A DNA stretch of 64,000 bases from NCBI RefSeq assembly GCF_963921235.1, contig NC_086097.1, positions 177,880,001 to 177,944,000 of the forward strand, read 5' to 3'. Shown here piece by piece: positions 11,990 through 25,574 of this stretch. A model generated the notes under the pieces. It saw only the letters and a program-made list of their open reading frames with translations, did not search any database and had not been told where the DNA came from. This DNA comes from Mobula hypostoma. Taxonomy: Eukaryota. A program made the position numbers and the translations under genes. Within the stretch, counting starts at the first letter, position 1, and every line of letters begins with the position of its first letter.

Positions 11990-14090
11990 CAGGGTGGGAG
12001 AATCAAGAAGTAGAGGGCATAGGTTTAAAATGAAAAAGGACCCGAGGGGCAACTTCTTCACCCAGAGTGGTCAGTACATGGAATGAGCTGCCAGAAGCAG
12101 TGGTTGAGAAAAGTACATTGACAGCATTTAGAAGACACTTGGACAGGTACATGGATAGGAAAGCCCTACACAATGGTGGAAACACCTAGCAGGTCAGACA
12201 GCATCTGTGGGAAGAGAAGCATAGTTGCTGATTCAGTTCAAACCTTTGCTTCCAGATGGCCGTTACTCTATGTCACTCGAATCTTATAAGCTTCTATCAT
12301 CCCTCAGCCTTCGCTGCTCCATAGAAAACAACCCAGGATCGTGCAACTTTTCTTTGTAGCGCATGCCATCTAATCCAAACAACATCCCGGTGAACCTATT
12401 CTGCATCGTCTCTAAAGCCTCCACATCTTTCCTGTAATAGGGTGACCAGGAATGCAATACACCTGATGCAGCCTAACCATCCTGTATTTTGTGTTTTGTT
12501 TAATTATTTTCTCTAATGTAATTTCCATAAGAGCAATTTTTATTCAGTACCTCAAATTTTTGGTAGTGATCTGTGAATTAGCCTTATTGACATTTATAAA
12601 ATCATGAGGTGGAGGAAGCAGTCTTCCTCCTAATGTGGGGTAGCCTAAAACTGGATACAGAGGTTTAAGGTAAAAGAAGAATGGTTTAAAGGGCCCGGAA
12701 GCTCAGATTTTTCATACAGAGAATGGTGAGTATATGGAAAGAATGTGGAGAAGATGTTTCTAATCGTGGGAGAGTCCAGAATCAGAATAGAAGGACAGAA
12801 GAGGAGGAATTTCTTTAGCCATACAATAGTGAATCTGTGGAATTCATTGCCACAGAAAGCTGTGGAGGCCAAGTCCTTGGGTATATTTAAAGCTGAGATT
12901 AATAGCTACCTAATTAGTAAAGCTGTCAAAGGTTACGCAGAGAAGACAGGAGAAAAAGATTCAGAGGGAAAATAAATCAGCCATAATCGAATGGCAGAGA
13001 AGACCTGAAGGGCCAAATGACCTAATTCTGATCATATGTCTAATAGTCTTGTAGGCTTTCAACAATTAAAAGACAGGTATCTGGATGGCAGAGGTTTAGA
13101 GCTATATGGGCTAAATGCAGACTAATGGGACTAGCTCAGGTAGACCGTTTGGTCAGCATGGACAAGGTGGGCCGAATGGCCTGTTTCCATACTGTAATTC
13201 CATAAGGCCAAAATTCTCTTGCAGTAATGGCCTTAGGCTGCACTGTTTATCTCAACCATTGCCCAGAGACATCACATATTTATCAAAGTTAGAATTTACA
13301 AATAGGAAAAATGCTAGTTTTTATGTATTTATTTTACTTGGTAGTAACATATACACTGTTTACTCTCACACAAGCAAGAAATTTCAAAGCACTTTGCTGT
13401 ATATGACAATAAACTAATCTGAATATGAATCTTTAATAAGTCACCAGTTCAGATTCTGAAGTCTTCAACTAGTTCTGGGCAGCACACTTCAGCAAAGGTG
13501 TAAATGTCTTGGTACAGAGAATTAGTGGAACCTTCATGGAACCATTTCAGTGACAACGGATATCAATTATGCAGACAGACTGGAGTAGGCAGATTTGTTT
13601 TCCTTAGAAGAGAGATCTGCCAAGGAGAGTGTGCTTTGTGCAGAAATACAAGGATTTTGCCGGGACTTGGGGACATGAGTTACAGGAAAAAGTCGACTAC
13701 TTTAGGACTTTATTCCCTGGAGCGCAGGAGAGTGAGGGGAAATTATTTTATACAGTATACAGGTAAATAACATTATGAGGCATACAGATGGGGTGAATGC
13801 TTTTTCCCCTCAGGTTGGGTGAGACTAGAAGTAGAGATCAAGTTTTGGGGTGAAAGGTGAATTATATAAGGGCAATCTGAGGGGGCATCTTTTTCACTCA
13901 GACAGTGGTACGAATGTGGAACAAGCTGCCAGCAGAAGTAGTAGAAGTGGATTGAACATTTCAGAGAAGTTTGGATAGGTACCTGGATGAGAGGGCTATG
14001 GTCCTGGTGCAGCTAGATGGGACAAGACAGAAAAGCAGCCAGGTACAGACGGATGGGCTGAAGGGCTTGCTTCTGTGCTGTTGTTCTCTA
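11990..14090. mobile_element. Cluster of CR1-type 3' fragments, mostly + strand
   Basis: Recurring RRNFFS.R.VNLWNSLP / LGLYSLERRR coding remnants at about 12000-12170, 12745-12975 and 13640-14080. Confidence 0.8.
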
Positions 14091-14780
14091 GGATCCCAAG
14101 TCTTAGTTCCTTCAGTAATTTGGAACTGCATGGATGTCATAGCAATTCACTTAAGGATATAGATCAGGTGTTCATAGACTGACGATTTATAATGGGTAAC
14201 AGGACCAGCACCAGAGAACAAGAGGCACCCGGCTCAAGGTTAGCTTCTATATCTCTGTTACAAGGCTGAGCTCTTCCCTGTTACGATAAAACAGATTGGT
14301 GATCTCACCATCTATTTGTCACGGCCCTGCACCTTGTTACCTGCCTGCACTGCACTTTCTCTGTGACTCTCACACGCTATTCTGCTATGAAGGGCTTTCT
14401 TTTATTGCTTTCCCTTGTTCTACCTTGCACTGTCGTAATGAAAAGATCCATTTAGATGGCATGCAAAACAAAGTTTTGCACTGTACTTCAGCACATGTGA
14501 CAATAGTAAACCAATTTGCTGATTTTATTATTTGGGCTGACTTGCTTGATAATGAGTGTGGCATGTTGAAATGGCTTCCAGCTTCCAAACAGAACCTCCA
14601 AGTTTAAGGCAGAGGGAAATAGGCACTGGATACTGTAAGAGTCTCTTGAATATTTGATAGGTGTATTGTTCAAAGAAACTACATGACTGGCATTGATACC
14701 TTGTAAATAGGATGTAGTTGTTTGGTGACTAATGGACATATTGACTTGACAACCACAAAGAATGTAAAGAAAAATATGTC

Positions 14781-16722
14781 AGAATCAGATACAGGTTCAT
14801 TATCATCGGCATGTGACGTGAAATTTGTTAACTTAGCAGCAGCAGTTCAATGCAATACATAATCTAGCAGAGAAAAAAATAATAAATAAAATAATCAATA
14901 AACAAGTAAATCAATTGCAGTATATGTATATTGAAATGATTTTTAAAAATGTGCAGAAACAGAAATAATGTATTTTTGTTTAATGTGTGGTAGTGTCCAA
15001 AGTTTCAATGTCCATTTAGGAATCGGATGGCAGAGGGGAAGAAGCTGTTCCTGAATCGCTGAGTGTGTGCCTTCAGGCTTCTGTACATCCTACCTGATGG
15101 TAACAGTGAGAAAAGGGCATGTCCTGTGTGCTGGAGGTCCTTAATAATGGACGCTGCCTTTCTGAGACACCACTCCCTGAAGATGTCTTAGGTACTTTGT
15201 AGGCTAGTACCCAAGATGGAGCTGACTAGATTTACAACCTTCTGCAGCTTCTTTCTGTCCTGTGTAGTAGCCCCTCCATACCAGACAGTGAAGCAGCCTG
15301 TCAGAATGCTCTTCACGGTACAACTTTAGAAGTTTTTGAGTGTATTTGTTGACATGCCAAATCTCTTCAAACTCCTAATGAAGTATAGCCGCTGTCTTGC
15401 CTTCTTTATAACCGCATCAGTATGTTGAGACGAGGTTAGATCCTCAGAGATCTTGACACCGAGGAACTTGAAACTGCTCACTCTCTCCACTTCTGATCCC
15501 TCTATGAGGATTGGTTCGTGTTCCTCTGTCTTATCCTTCCTAAAATCTACAATCAGCTCTTTCATCTTACTGACGTTGAGTGCCAGGTTGTTGCTGTGAC
15601 ACCACTCCACTAGTTGGCATATCTCACTCCTGTACACACTCTCATCACCACCTGAGATTCTACCAACAATGGTTGTATTCTCAGCAAATTTATAGATGGT
15701 ATTTGAACTATGCCTAGCCACACAGTCATGTGTATATAGAGAGTAGAGCAGTGGGCTAAGCACACACCCTCGAGGTGCACCAGTGTTGATCGTCAGCTAG
15801 GAGGATATGTTATCACCAATCCACACAGATTGTGGTCTTCCAATTAAGAAGTCGAGGATCCAATTGCAGAGGGAGGTACAGAGGCTTCACAATCAAGATT
15901 GCAACTTCTCAATCAGAATTGTGGGGATGATGGTATTAAATGCTGAGTTATAGTTGATGAACAGCATTCTGACATAGATGTTTGTGTTGTCCACGTGGTC
16001 TAATGCCATGTGGACAGCCATTGAGATTGCATCTTCCATTAACCTTTTCTGGCAATAGGCAAATTGCAGTGGGTCCAGGTCCTTGCTGAGGCAGGAGTTC
16101 AGTCTAGTTGTGACCAACCTCTCAAAGCATTTCATCACTATAGATGTGAGTGCTACAGGGCAATAGTTATCAAGGCAGCCCACATTGTTCTTCTTAGGCA
16201 CTGGTATAGTTATTGCCTTTCTGAAGCAAGTGGGAACTTCTGCCCGTAGCAGTGAGAAGTTGCAAATGTCCTTGAATACTCCCGCCAATTGGTTGGCAAA
16301 AGTTTTCAGAGCCTTACCAGGTACTCCATCAGGTCCTTCCGCCTTGCGAGGGTTCACTCTCTTTAAAGACGGCCTCACATCAGTCTTTGAGACAGAGATC
16401 ACAGGATCATCAGGTGCAGCAGGGATCTTCACAACTGTAGTTGTGTTCTCCCTTTCAAAGCGTGCGTAGAAGGTGTTGAGTTCATCTGGTATTCATGCTA
16501 TTGGGTTTCCCTTTGTAGGATGTAATGTCTTGTAGACCCTGCCAGAGTTGCCGTGCATCCGATGCCGCTTCCAACCTCATCTGAAATTGTCTCTTCGCCC
16601 TTGAAATAGCCCTCCCCAAATCATAACTGGTGTTCTGGTACAGGCCTGAGTCGCCACCCTTGAATGCCACAGATCCAGCCTTCAGCAGACGATGTATCTC
16701 CTGGTTCATCCATGGCTTTTGG
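14781..16722 (-). mobile_element. Rex1/Babar LINE, RT and 3' end, 5'-truncated
   Basis: ORFs 16482-16739 (KPWMNQE), 15893-16432 (PRKAEGPDGVPG, PVALTSIVMKCFERL, LDPLQFAY), 15326-15763 (LSPLLYSLYTHDC, VERVSSFKFLGV). Confidence 0.92.
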
Positions 16723-17410
16723 AAATGTTGACTGTTCATTTCCCTCCATAGATGCTGTCTGACCCACTGAGTCCCTCCAGCTGTATGTTGCTCCGTGATA
16801 ATTATGATTCTGACGCAGGCACTAGGAATAACTGGATAATCATTTCAAAAGAGCCAGCACAGATAGGATGGGACAAACAATCTCCTTCCATGTTGATTTC
16901 AATTCTATGATTTAAATCAGGTTCATGGGAAATGTTCCTGGATAGCTTTTCCTCACAATAAAACATAGCTGTAATTGTTCAGTGACATATTAATTCAGTC
17001 CATCAGTCTCTGACTGATTCTTCAGCATCACTTGCTCCAGTGATTTAATTTACTTTGAATCATAGCCAGGTTTCAAACCCATAGCTTAAGGCACCAGACT
17101 CTTGTGCTTAAAACTTCATTTAACTTAGTAAATTTGTGCATTTCCTAACTTACCTTGATTTTGTATACATGGCATCAAGGGGAATGCAAGCCTGGAAGCT
17201 TTTACCCCTGTAAAAATAATAACCACTGTTGACAGGGTCAAATGAATGTGCCAGAACTCTTATAGGTGTATTTTTTGGGAGGACCAAGTACAGGGTATTA
17301 TGAAATGGAATTAATGCAATAAGAAGTGTTGAATGGCAGAACAGGCTTCAGGGGCTAAAAGGCCCTCTGTTTGAATTAGCATATTATCAGCCCAAATGAA
17401 TTTAAATATC

Positions 17411-17885
17411 AGAATCAGGTTTATTATCACTGTCTCATATGATGTGAAATTTGCTGTTCTGCAGCAAAGATGTAAATTTACTAGAATTACAAAATAAATA
17501 AATTATCCAAAAGAAAGGGTGGGGGGTGAAGCAACAATGAGTTGGTGTTTGAGTTCATGGGCGATCCAGGAATCTGATGCTAGAGGGGAAGAAGTGGTTC
17601 TGAATTACTAAGTTTGGGTCTTCAGCTCCTGTACCTCTTCCCTGATGACAGTAATGAGAAGAAGGAATGTCCTGGGGGCTGAGGGTCCTCAGTGATGATG
17701 TCACCTTCTAGAGGCACCACCTCTAGAAGATGTCCTTGATGGTGGTGAGGGCTGTGTCCATGACAGAGCAGGCGGGGTCTGCAGCCTCTTCTGATCCTGG
17801 GCATTAGAAGCTCCACACCAGGATGTAACAAAACCAGTCAGAATGCTCTCCACCATACATCCATAGAAAATTGCAAGAGTCATTT
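17411..17885 (-). mobile_element. Rex1/Babar 3' fragment
   Basis: ESILTG..T.W.G coding remnant; agaatcaggtttattatcactg tail as at 14781. Confidence 0.8.
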
Positions 17886-18344
17886 ACATAAAGCAATCCC
17901 ACAGGTATGAGCTTTGAGTTTCAGTAGAGGTTTTTGGGGGGCAAACTTAAAAAAAAAAGAGGGCTTAACTAGCTTTGAGTGCTTTTGGAAGAAGTTAAAT
18001 GAATGGACTTGTGTGTTCACAGCTCCATTTAGAAGGCTAAAAGTTTCTGAAGCACTTCACACCTGTTCAGATACGTGTTGAAATGTGCCCCTGCTGTGAA
18101 GTAGGCAGACAATTTCTGTACAACAAGTTTCCTTATCCATGATGGAATAATATTGAGATAATCTGTACTTAGTGATGTCAGTTGAGGGATAAACATTGGA
18201 CACACAACAGTGCGGAGAAATCCGCTGCCCATATCAAGGCTTTTCCAAGGACAAGAATAGGAGTCTCATGGGAACACCATCACCTACAGGTCACACACAA
18301 TCCTAACTTGGAAATACACTTGGTCCTCATTTTTTGCTGATTTA

Positions 18345-19650
18345 GAACACAACATAGAAACGTACAGTACAAAAACAGACCTTTTGGCCCAAAATATTGT
18401 GCCAGGGTAATTAAACTGGTAATTAGACATCTAAAGAAACCAATCCCATCTGCACTACATAACATCCCCGCCCCCCACCCCCCCAAATCTCTGCATATTT
18501 ATGTACCTGTCCAAAAGCTTCTTAAATGCCTCTATCATACACCTCCACCACCCTGGCAGCACATTCCAGACATCCACTACTCGATATGTAAAAAAAACCT
18601 TGACCTGCACATGTCCTTTAAACTTTGTCCCTCTTACCTTACAGCATGCCCTTCTAATATGAGACTTTTTGACCCTGGGCAAAAGATACTGGATCACAAA
18701 CAAGAGAAAATCTGCAGATGCTGGAAATCAAAGCAACACACACTAATGCTGGAGGAACTCAGCAGGTCAGGCAGCATCTATAGAAAAAGGTAAACAATCA
18801 ATGTTTCGGGACCTGATGAAGGGTCTCAGCCTGAAACATCGACTGATTACTTTTTTCCATAAATGCTGCCCAGCCTGCTGAGTTCCTCCAGCATTTGTGT
18901 GTGTTGCGAAAAATACTGGCTGTCTATTTTATATGTGCCTGACAGTCTTATAGTCCTCAATCAGATCTCCCCTCTTTAATTTCTGGTATGGTGCTGGTGT
19001 CTCCCACAGTGAAGAATGATACAAGATATTTATTCATTTTCTTTGTTCCCCCTGTTACTACCTCTCCAGTGTCACTTTCCAGTGCTCCACTACACATTCT
19101 TGCCTCTTTTATTTTTTATATATCTGGAAAAAATTGATATCCTTGTTTACATTATTGGCTAGATTACCTCTCATCTTTTCTTTCCTTATTGCTTTTTTAG
19201 TTGCCTTCTGTTGTTTTTTCAAAGCTTCCCAATCCCCTAGCTTCCCACTAATTTTTGCTATATCACATTCCTCCTACTTTGCTTTTATGCTGCCTTTGAC
19301 TTCCTTTGTCAGCCATGGTTACCTCATGCTCCCAGAAACTCCAGCCATTGCTGCTCTACCATCATCCCCGCTAATGCCCCCTTCCAGTCAACTTTGGCCA
19401 GTGCCTCTGTATTTCCCTTTACTGCACTGTAAAACCAATACAGCCAATTTTATCTTCTCCCTCTCAAACTGCAGAGTGAATTCTATCATTTTATGATCGC
19501 TGCCTCCTAAGGGATCCTCTACCATGTATCCTATTGAAATCTGGTTCATTACACAACACCCAGTCCAGAATTACCTTTTCCCTAGTGGGTTTGACCACGA
19601 GCGGCTGTAAAAAGCCGTCTCGTAGGCATTCTACAAATTGCTTCTCTTGG
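18345..19650 (-). mobile_element. CR1-type fragments (3' end plus endonuclease region)
   Basis: catagaaacgtacagtac tail and RVVDVWNVLP remnant. 18980-19650 parallels the CR1 at about 8040-8650. Confidence 0.75.
18693..18907. mobile_element. Hairpin-shaped non-autonomous PLE derivative with a hammerhead core at the loop
   Basis: Inverted arms about 18733-18810 and 18830-18907. CTGATGA at 18813 followed by GAAAC. Flanks aaaagatactgg / gaaaaatactgg. Confidence 0.8.
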
Positions 19651-19920
19651 GTTCAGGGACCAGATGCCATCACAATGGTGATACAGAGCCCCTGGTTTAT
19701 CCACAGCTGGAGCACCTCTGGGCTTTTGGCCCTACACATTGGGGAGGATACATATGTTCGTCTGGAAGGGAGAGCAGTATCTCTTTGCCAGAAAGCAGCC
19801 TGGAGCCTTGAGCTCTCCCAGCCCAGGGGATGTTCATGCAGGCTGAGAGGCTAAAGAATAGCTTGTTTAAAGTTTTCATAGCTTAATGGCAACAGGTGAG
19901 TTAGACAGAGAGAAACTATC

Positions 19921-20076
19921 ACAGACAAAATGCTGGAGGAACTCAGCAGGCCAGGCAGCATCTATGGAAAACAGTACAGTTGACATTCTGGGCCAAGACC
20001 AGGCCTGCTGAGTTCCTCCAGCAATTTGTGTGTGTTGCTTGGATTTCCAGCACCTGCAAATTTTCTCTTGTTTGTG
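19921..20076. mobile_element. Hairpin-shaped non-autonomous PLE derivative
   Basis: Perfect 11-bp TSD gagaaactatc (19910-19920, 20077-20087). Inverted tgctggaggaactcagcagg / cctgctgagttcctccagca. Confidence 0.85.
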
Positions 20077-20839
20077 GAGAAACTATCGCTACTCAACAGG
20101 GGACAGACTTGAACAACTGGAGCCCAATTTTCAGGGATGAAGTTTAGAAATAGTTTGACATGCAGAGAGTGGCAGGACCTTTCTTTCTTGGGACATATAG
20201 AAACATGCTCTTCAGTCCAACCTTTCTGTGGTGACCAATGCATACAGTACATCTAAGCTCGTCCCATTTGCTTACGTTTGGCCCATATCCCTCTAAACCT
20301 TTCATGTACCTGTACCTGTACCTGTCCAAGCACCTTTTAAATGCTGTTGTACCTGCCTCCACCTCTCCCTCTGGCAGTTCAGTACATTTATTGACCACTC
20401 TCTGGGGAAAATGTTTTTCTTTGTTTTCCTATTAAATCTTTCCCCTCTCACCTTAAAGTCTCTAGCCAATCCTGATGAAAGGTTCTCAACTCAAAATGTC
20501 GATTGCTGACTGATCCGCAGAGTTCCTTCAGCTCCCTTCTATGTTGCTACAGAGTTCCAGCATTCGTCATCTCTTGTGTCTTGTCCTTTAGTCCTTGGTT
20601 TCCCAACCCTGGGAAAAAGGTTTAGTTCATTCATCCTGTCTATGCCCTTTGTGATTTTACACAATTCTATACAGAAAGATTACATACACCTCTAATTGAA
20701 GTCCCTTCTGCAATCCAAGCTTGGGGAGGGTGCTAGATTTTATCCCTAACATAAATTAATCTTTGATGATCACAAGACAAAGTTCTCATTGAATCATGGA
20801 CTGTGCTTGAAAGGCTGATTAGCCTACTGCTATATTCCT

Positions 20840-21220
20840 ATGAAACACTGGTTAAATAACACTTGGGAATATTGTGCACAGTTCTGGTTGCTACATTATT
20901 CGTGAGAACGCAGAGGAGATTCACCAGGATGTTGTCTGAATTGGGGGACTTGAGCTACAAGGAGAAGTTGGATAGAATGGACTTGTTTTCCCTGGAGTAA
21001 CAGAGACTGAGGGGATGACCTGATCGTGATGTATAAAATTATGAGAGGCAGAGATAAAGCAGGTACTCCCAATCTTTCTCCCATGGTAAGAGGGTCAAAA
21101 ATAAAAGTGCATAGTTTCCAGGTGAGAGGTAGATGATTTAAAGGGAATGTGAGAGGTGTTTTTTTTTTCACACTGAGAGTGGTTGATATCTGGAACCCAC
21201 AGCCAGAGGAGGTGGTGGAA
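20840..21220 (+). mobile_element. CR1 3' fragment
   Basis: cagaggagattcaccaggatg and FFTLRVVDIWN remnants. Confidence 0.75.
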
Positions 21221-21619
21221 TCACTATGTCTCTGCAGCTTCTTATGTTCCTGCACATTCCAATTTCTGTGCCAGACCACGTCAGGGTACTTTCAAAAGTA
21301 CATCTGTAAAAATTTGTTAGAGTGGAAGTTTGTTCGAGCCAAATCTAATTAAGCATCCAAGAAAGTAAAGACGCTGACATGCCTTCCTTGTGATTGCATC
21401 TGTATGTGGGGAGGAAAGAATTGAGAATCGTTAAAAAATTTGAATAAAATATTTTCAAACCAAATATTTATGTAAAGAACAAAGGAAAATTCTGATACTG
21501 TTTGTTTAAAATTCAATGGAAAACAAATTCCCACAGATGCTGGAAAACCGAAATAAGATGAGAAAATGCTGGAATTATTCAGCTGGTCTGGCAGCATCTG
21601 CAGTGAGAGTTCTGATGAT

Positions 21620-24345
21620 AGATCACCCACCAGTCTCCTCACTATGAACTCTGTCTACACTTCTCACTGCCTTGGTAAAGCAGCCGGCATGATCAAAAAC
21701 CTCACCCCTCCCAGACATTTTCTCTTCTCTCAACTCCCACCCCACCCATCAATGGCAGAAGATACAAAAGTCTGAAACCATGTACCTGCAGGCTCAGGGA
21801 CAGCTTCTGTCCCATTGTTATAAAACTATTGAATGGTCCTCTTGTACAATAAGATGGATTCTACCAAGCAACCTACCTCATTATGATCTTCCTCCTTATT
21901 GTCTGTTTGCATTGCACTTTCTCTGTAATTGTAGCACTTTATTCTGCACTCTTTTGTTGTTTTTGCTTGTGCTACCTCGATGCACCAATGTAATGAAATG
22001 ATCTGCATGGATGGAATGCAGAACAGTCTTTCAGCGTACATCGGTACACGTGACAGTAACAAACCAATTTATCAATTTACAATTTAATTTATCTGAAATA
22101 TTAATTCTGTGCTTCTCTCTCCACAGATGCTGCCTGACCTGCTGAGTATCTTCAGCGTTCTCCAATTAACCTTCATAAGGAAATCAGTCTCGTGATTAAA
22201 CAGGTACACACACCCAATCTCCTTCTCCCGAAGTCAATCAGGTGAATTGTTCAGATTTTTTTTTACCGTGAATGGACAGTACAGTTTCCTCCTGAAGCAT
22301 CACTCAGAATCAGGTTTATTATCACTGACATATATGGCGCGAAATTTGTTGTTTTGCATCAGCAGTGCAGTGCAAAGACATAAAATTACGATAAATCACA
22401 GAAGTAAATCAATAGTGCAAAGATTAATGAATAATGATGTAGTGTTCAGGAGTTCCTGGACTGTTTAGAAATATGATAGTGGAGGGGAAGATGTCTTCAG
22501 ACTCCTGTACCTCCTCTACCAAGCAATTCAGGATGTCTGGATCGTGAAGTTCCTTAGTAATGGATGCCATTTTCTTGATGCTCTGAAGATATTCTCGATG
22601 GTGGATAGGTTTGTGCCTGGAAATGGATCTGACTGAGTCTACAACCCCCACAGCCACTTGCAATCCTGTGCATTTGAGCCTCCGTACCTGGTTGTGATGC
22701 AACCAGCCGGAATGTTCTCCACTATACATCTATCAAGATTGCAAGGGTCTTTGGTGACAGACTGAAGCACCAAAACTCTGAATGAAGTACAGCTGCTGGC
22801 AATTCCACCTGTTGTTGTACAGGTGGTTGAATTAACAACTTATGAAATTAATTTCACCTTGTAGGACATTGAATGGCTAGTCCTGGGTTATTCTTAAGCG
22901 GCAATTGCCAGAATTTGCTAGCGTTAATTTTTCAGTGAAACTTTACCCACATACAGAATTGAAGGAGGCTTTTTAGTGAGTTGCACCCGTGCTGGCATCA
23001 TCTCCTCCCTGTAATATTTGCCCTTGCAAATATTTATCTGGTTCCCTTTGGCGACTTCTGAAAATTTCTGCTTCCAGTGCCCCTTCAGGAAGTGCATCCA
23101 CCCTCACACCCATTTGGCACCTTGTATCTGTTCCACCTTTAAATAAGATCATGTTTGATATTTCACCTCGGTGTACTTACCCTATATCCCCAAGTTCCCT
23201 TCAATACACTCAGTGACTGAAACTCTACTGCTTCCTTGGGGAAAAAAAATCCAAAGATTCCTGTGGTAGAAGAAAATTTATCCCATCTCTGCCCTGAATG
23301 GTTCGCCTTCTACTCTGAGACGCCGACCCCTGGTTTAAACACTCCATTCAGAGATACTGAACGTGTGAGAGTCTAGGATCTGAGGACACAATCTCAGAAT
23401 AAAGGGACTGAAATGAGGAGGAATTTCTTCAGCCAGAGAGTGGTGAATCTATGGAATTCGGTACCACAGAGGGCTGTGAAGGCCATGTCATTGGGTATTT
23501 TTAAAGCAGAGGTTGATAGGTCCTTGATTGGTAGGGAATTAAAGGTTATGGGGAAAAGGTGGGGGAATGGGGCTGAAAATAAATCAGCAATGATCAAATG
23601 GCAGAGAAGACTCGAAGGGCCAAGTGGCCTACTTCTGCTCCCATATTTTATGGTCTTGTGGAAACATCATCGCTATTTCTAAACTTTTAAATTCTATAAG
23701 AGTGCTGTACATTTCTATGAGATCAGTTTCTTTATTCAGGTGGGGGTTTCAACCTGGGATCCATGACCCCCTCGGTTAATGGCATTAAAAAGGCTGAGAA
23801 CCTCTGGCAAGCTATGTTAATTGGCTGCAGTATAAAAGAATTGTCCCTCCTGTGTGTGTGAATGGCAGAAACTGTGTGGAAACTGGCAAGAACATGGAGA
23901 GAATAAAGATGGGATTAGTGTAAAAGAATGGTAATTAGTAATTGGTGCATTGTTGTCACATGTACCAGTATACAGGGAAAAGTTTGTTTATGTGCCATCA
24001 TAGAAATCTCTCCATACAACAAGGCAGTACAAAAGGGAAAAGAACAGAATGAAGAAAAAAGTGTTACAGTTACAGATAAAGAACAGTGCAGACAGATAAA
24101 TAACGTGCCAGGACCATGACAAAGATTGGATGATCAAGAGTTCATCTTTATCACACAAGGTCCATTCCAGAATCTTAAAACAGCAGGATAGAAGTTGTCC
24201 TTTAGCCTGGTGATACGTTCTAAAGCCTTTGTATCTTCTCCACGATAGAAGTGGGGAGAAGAGCGAATGACTGTGGAGGGAGGGCACTTTGATTATGTTG
24301 GCTGCTTTGCTGAGGCGATGTAAAGTGTAGACAGAGTCAGTGGAT
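21620..24345. mobile_element. Cluster of Rex1-type 3' fragments (21620-22085 +, 22305-22800 -, 23930-24345 -) and a CR1 3' end (23365-23660 +)
   Basis: Tails shared with 14781 and 17411. ORF 23413-23682 MRRNFFSQRVVNLWNS. Confidence 0.7.
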
Positions 24346-25109
24346 GTTAATGTTTGATGGGATCTAGGGCCTCTTTCTGTGTAGTACATCTCTAAGGCTC
24401 CATCTCCTTCCTTGGGTATGGAGACCAAGGCTGTAAATAAATTGTTAATTTCTCACGAGTGGCTTTTATAATTTTGTTTAGATTTCCTTCTTACTATCAA
24501 ATCCTTTTGTAATAAGGACCAACGTAATGTTTGTTCATTGTCCCTAAATGTTAAACTTCACTGATTCTGTACTAGGATATTAAAGATTCTCAGAACACAG
24601 AAACCATTTAATCCTTCACCATTTTAGAAAAATCTGTTTGCATTTCTCGATCAAAGTGGAAGCCCTTGTACTTTCCATGTTATATTCCAGCTGTCACGTC
24701 TTTGCCTTTCGTTCAGCCTGTCCATATCCCTCTGAAGCACCGCTGTGTCAGCCTCGGTTCACACTGTTTTGTATCATCACCAACCTTGGATTGGTGTCCA
24801 TATCATTGACATGGTGAACTGCTGGTGCCTCTGCACTGATCCCTGTGGAACCCCACCTTGTCACAGCCTCCCAACCTAAAATAACCCATTTAGTCCTGCT
24901 CTGCTTATTAATTGTATATTAGCCTAATCCCATGTGCTCTAATTTTGTTTTACAACCTCTTGTGTGGATCTCCATTAAAGGATTCTGAATGTCAAATGCA
25001 CTTAACCATTGCCTCCTCTTTTTCTTGTTTGCCTCACACTATCTCAAAAGAAAGTTAATTGAGTTATCTAAACACACTTTCCTAAATCCACGCTGACAAT
25101 GCCCATTCT

Positions 25110-25392
25110 GTGGAACAGATAGTGAGAGCAGCTGCCTCACAAATCTAGTAATTAGATTCCAATCTCGGGTGCTGTCTTAGTGAAATTTATAAGTTCTCCC
25201 TGTGGCTGCCGTTTTCCACATTGGTAGGTTAATTGATCACTGACATTTGCTCCAAGAGTGTATGTGAGTGATAAGATTGAGAAGAGTTGATGGGAAAGTG
25301 GGTAGAATAAACTGGGATCAATGAAGAATTATTGTAAATGGGTGCTGGATGTTCAGTGGGCCAAAGGACATATTTTCATGTTGTGTGACTAT
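25110..25392 (+). mobile_element. tRNA-derived V-type (HE1-like) SINE, degenerate
   Basis: gctgcctcaca head, ggtgctgtc...gttctccctgtg body, CR1-like tail. Confidence 0.6.
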
Positions 25393-25574
25393 AACAATCC
25401 TCTTTTTACTTTCTAAATTCTCTGCTGCTACTCCACCAAGAACTGGGTCTTCGCATTTTTTATTGTACAGTAATAATCCGATAATCTTCTGTGTTGATAG
25501 TTGGTAATCTCAATGTTTCATTACCTGGTCCACTGGCTGCTGATTTTGCACTTCATTCCATACTCGAAGGCCCT

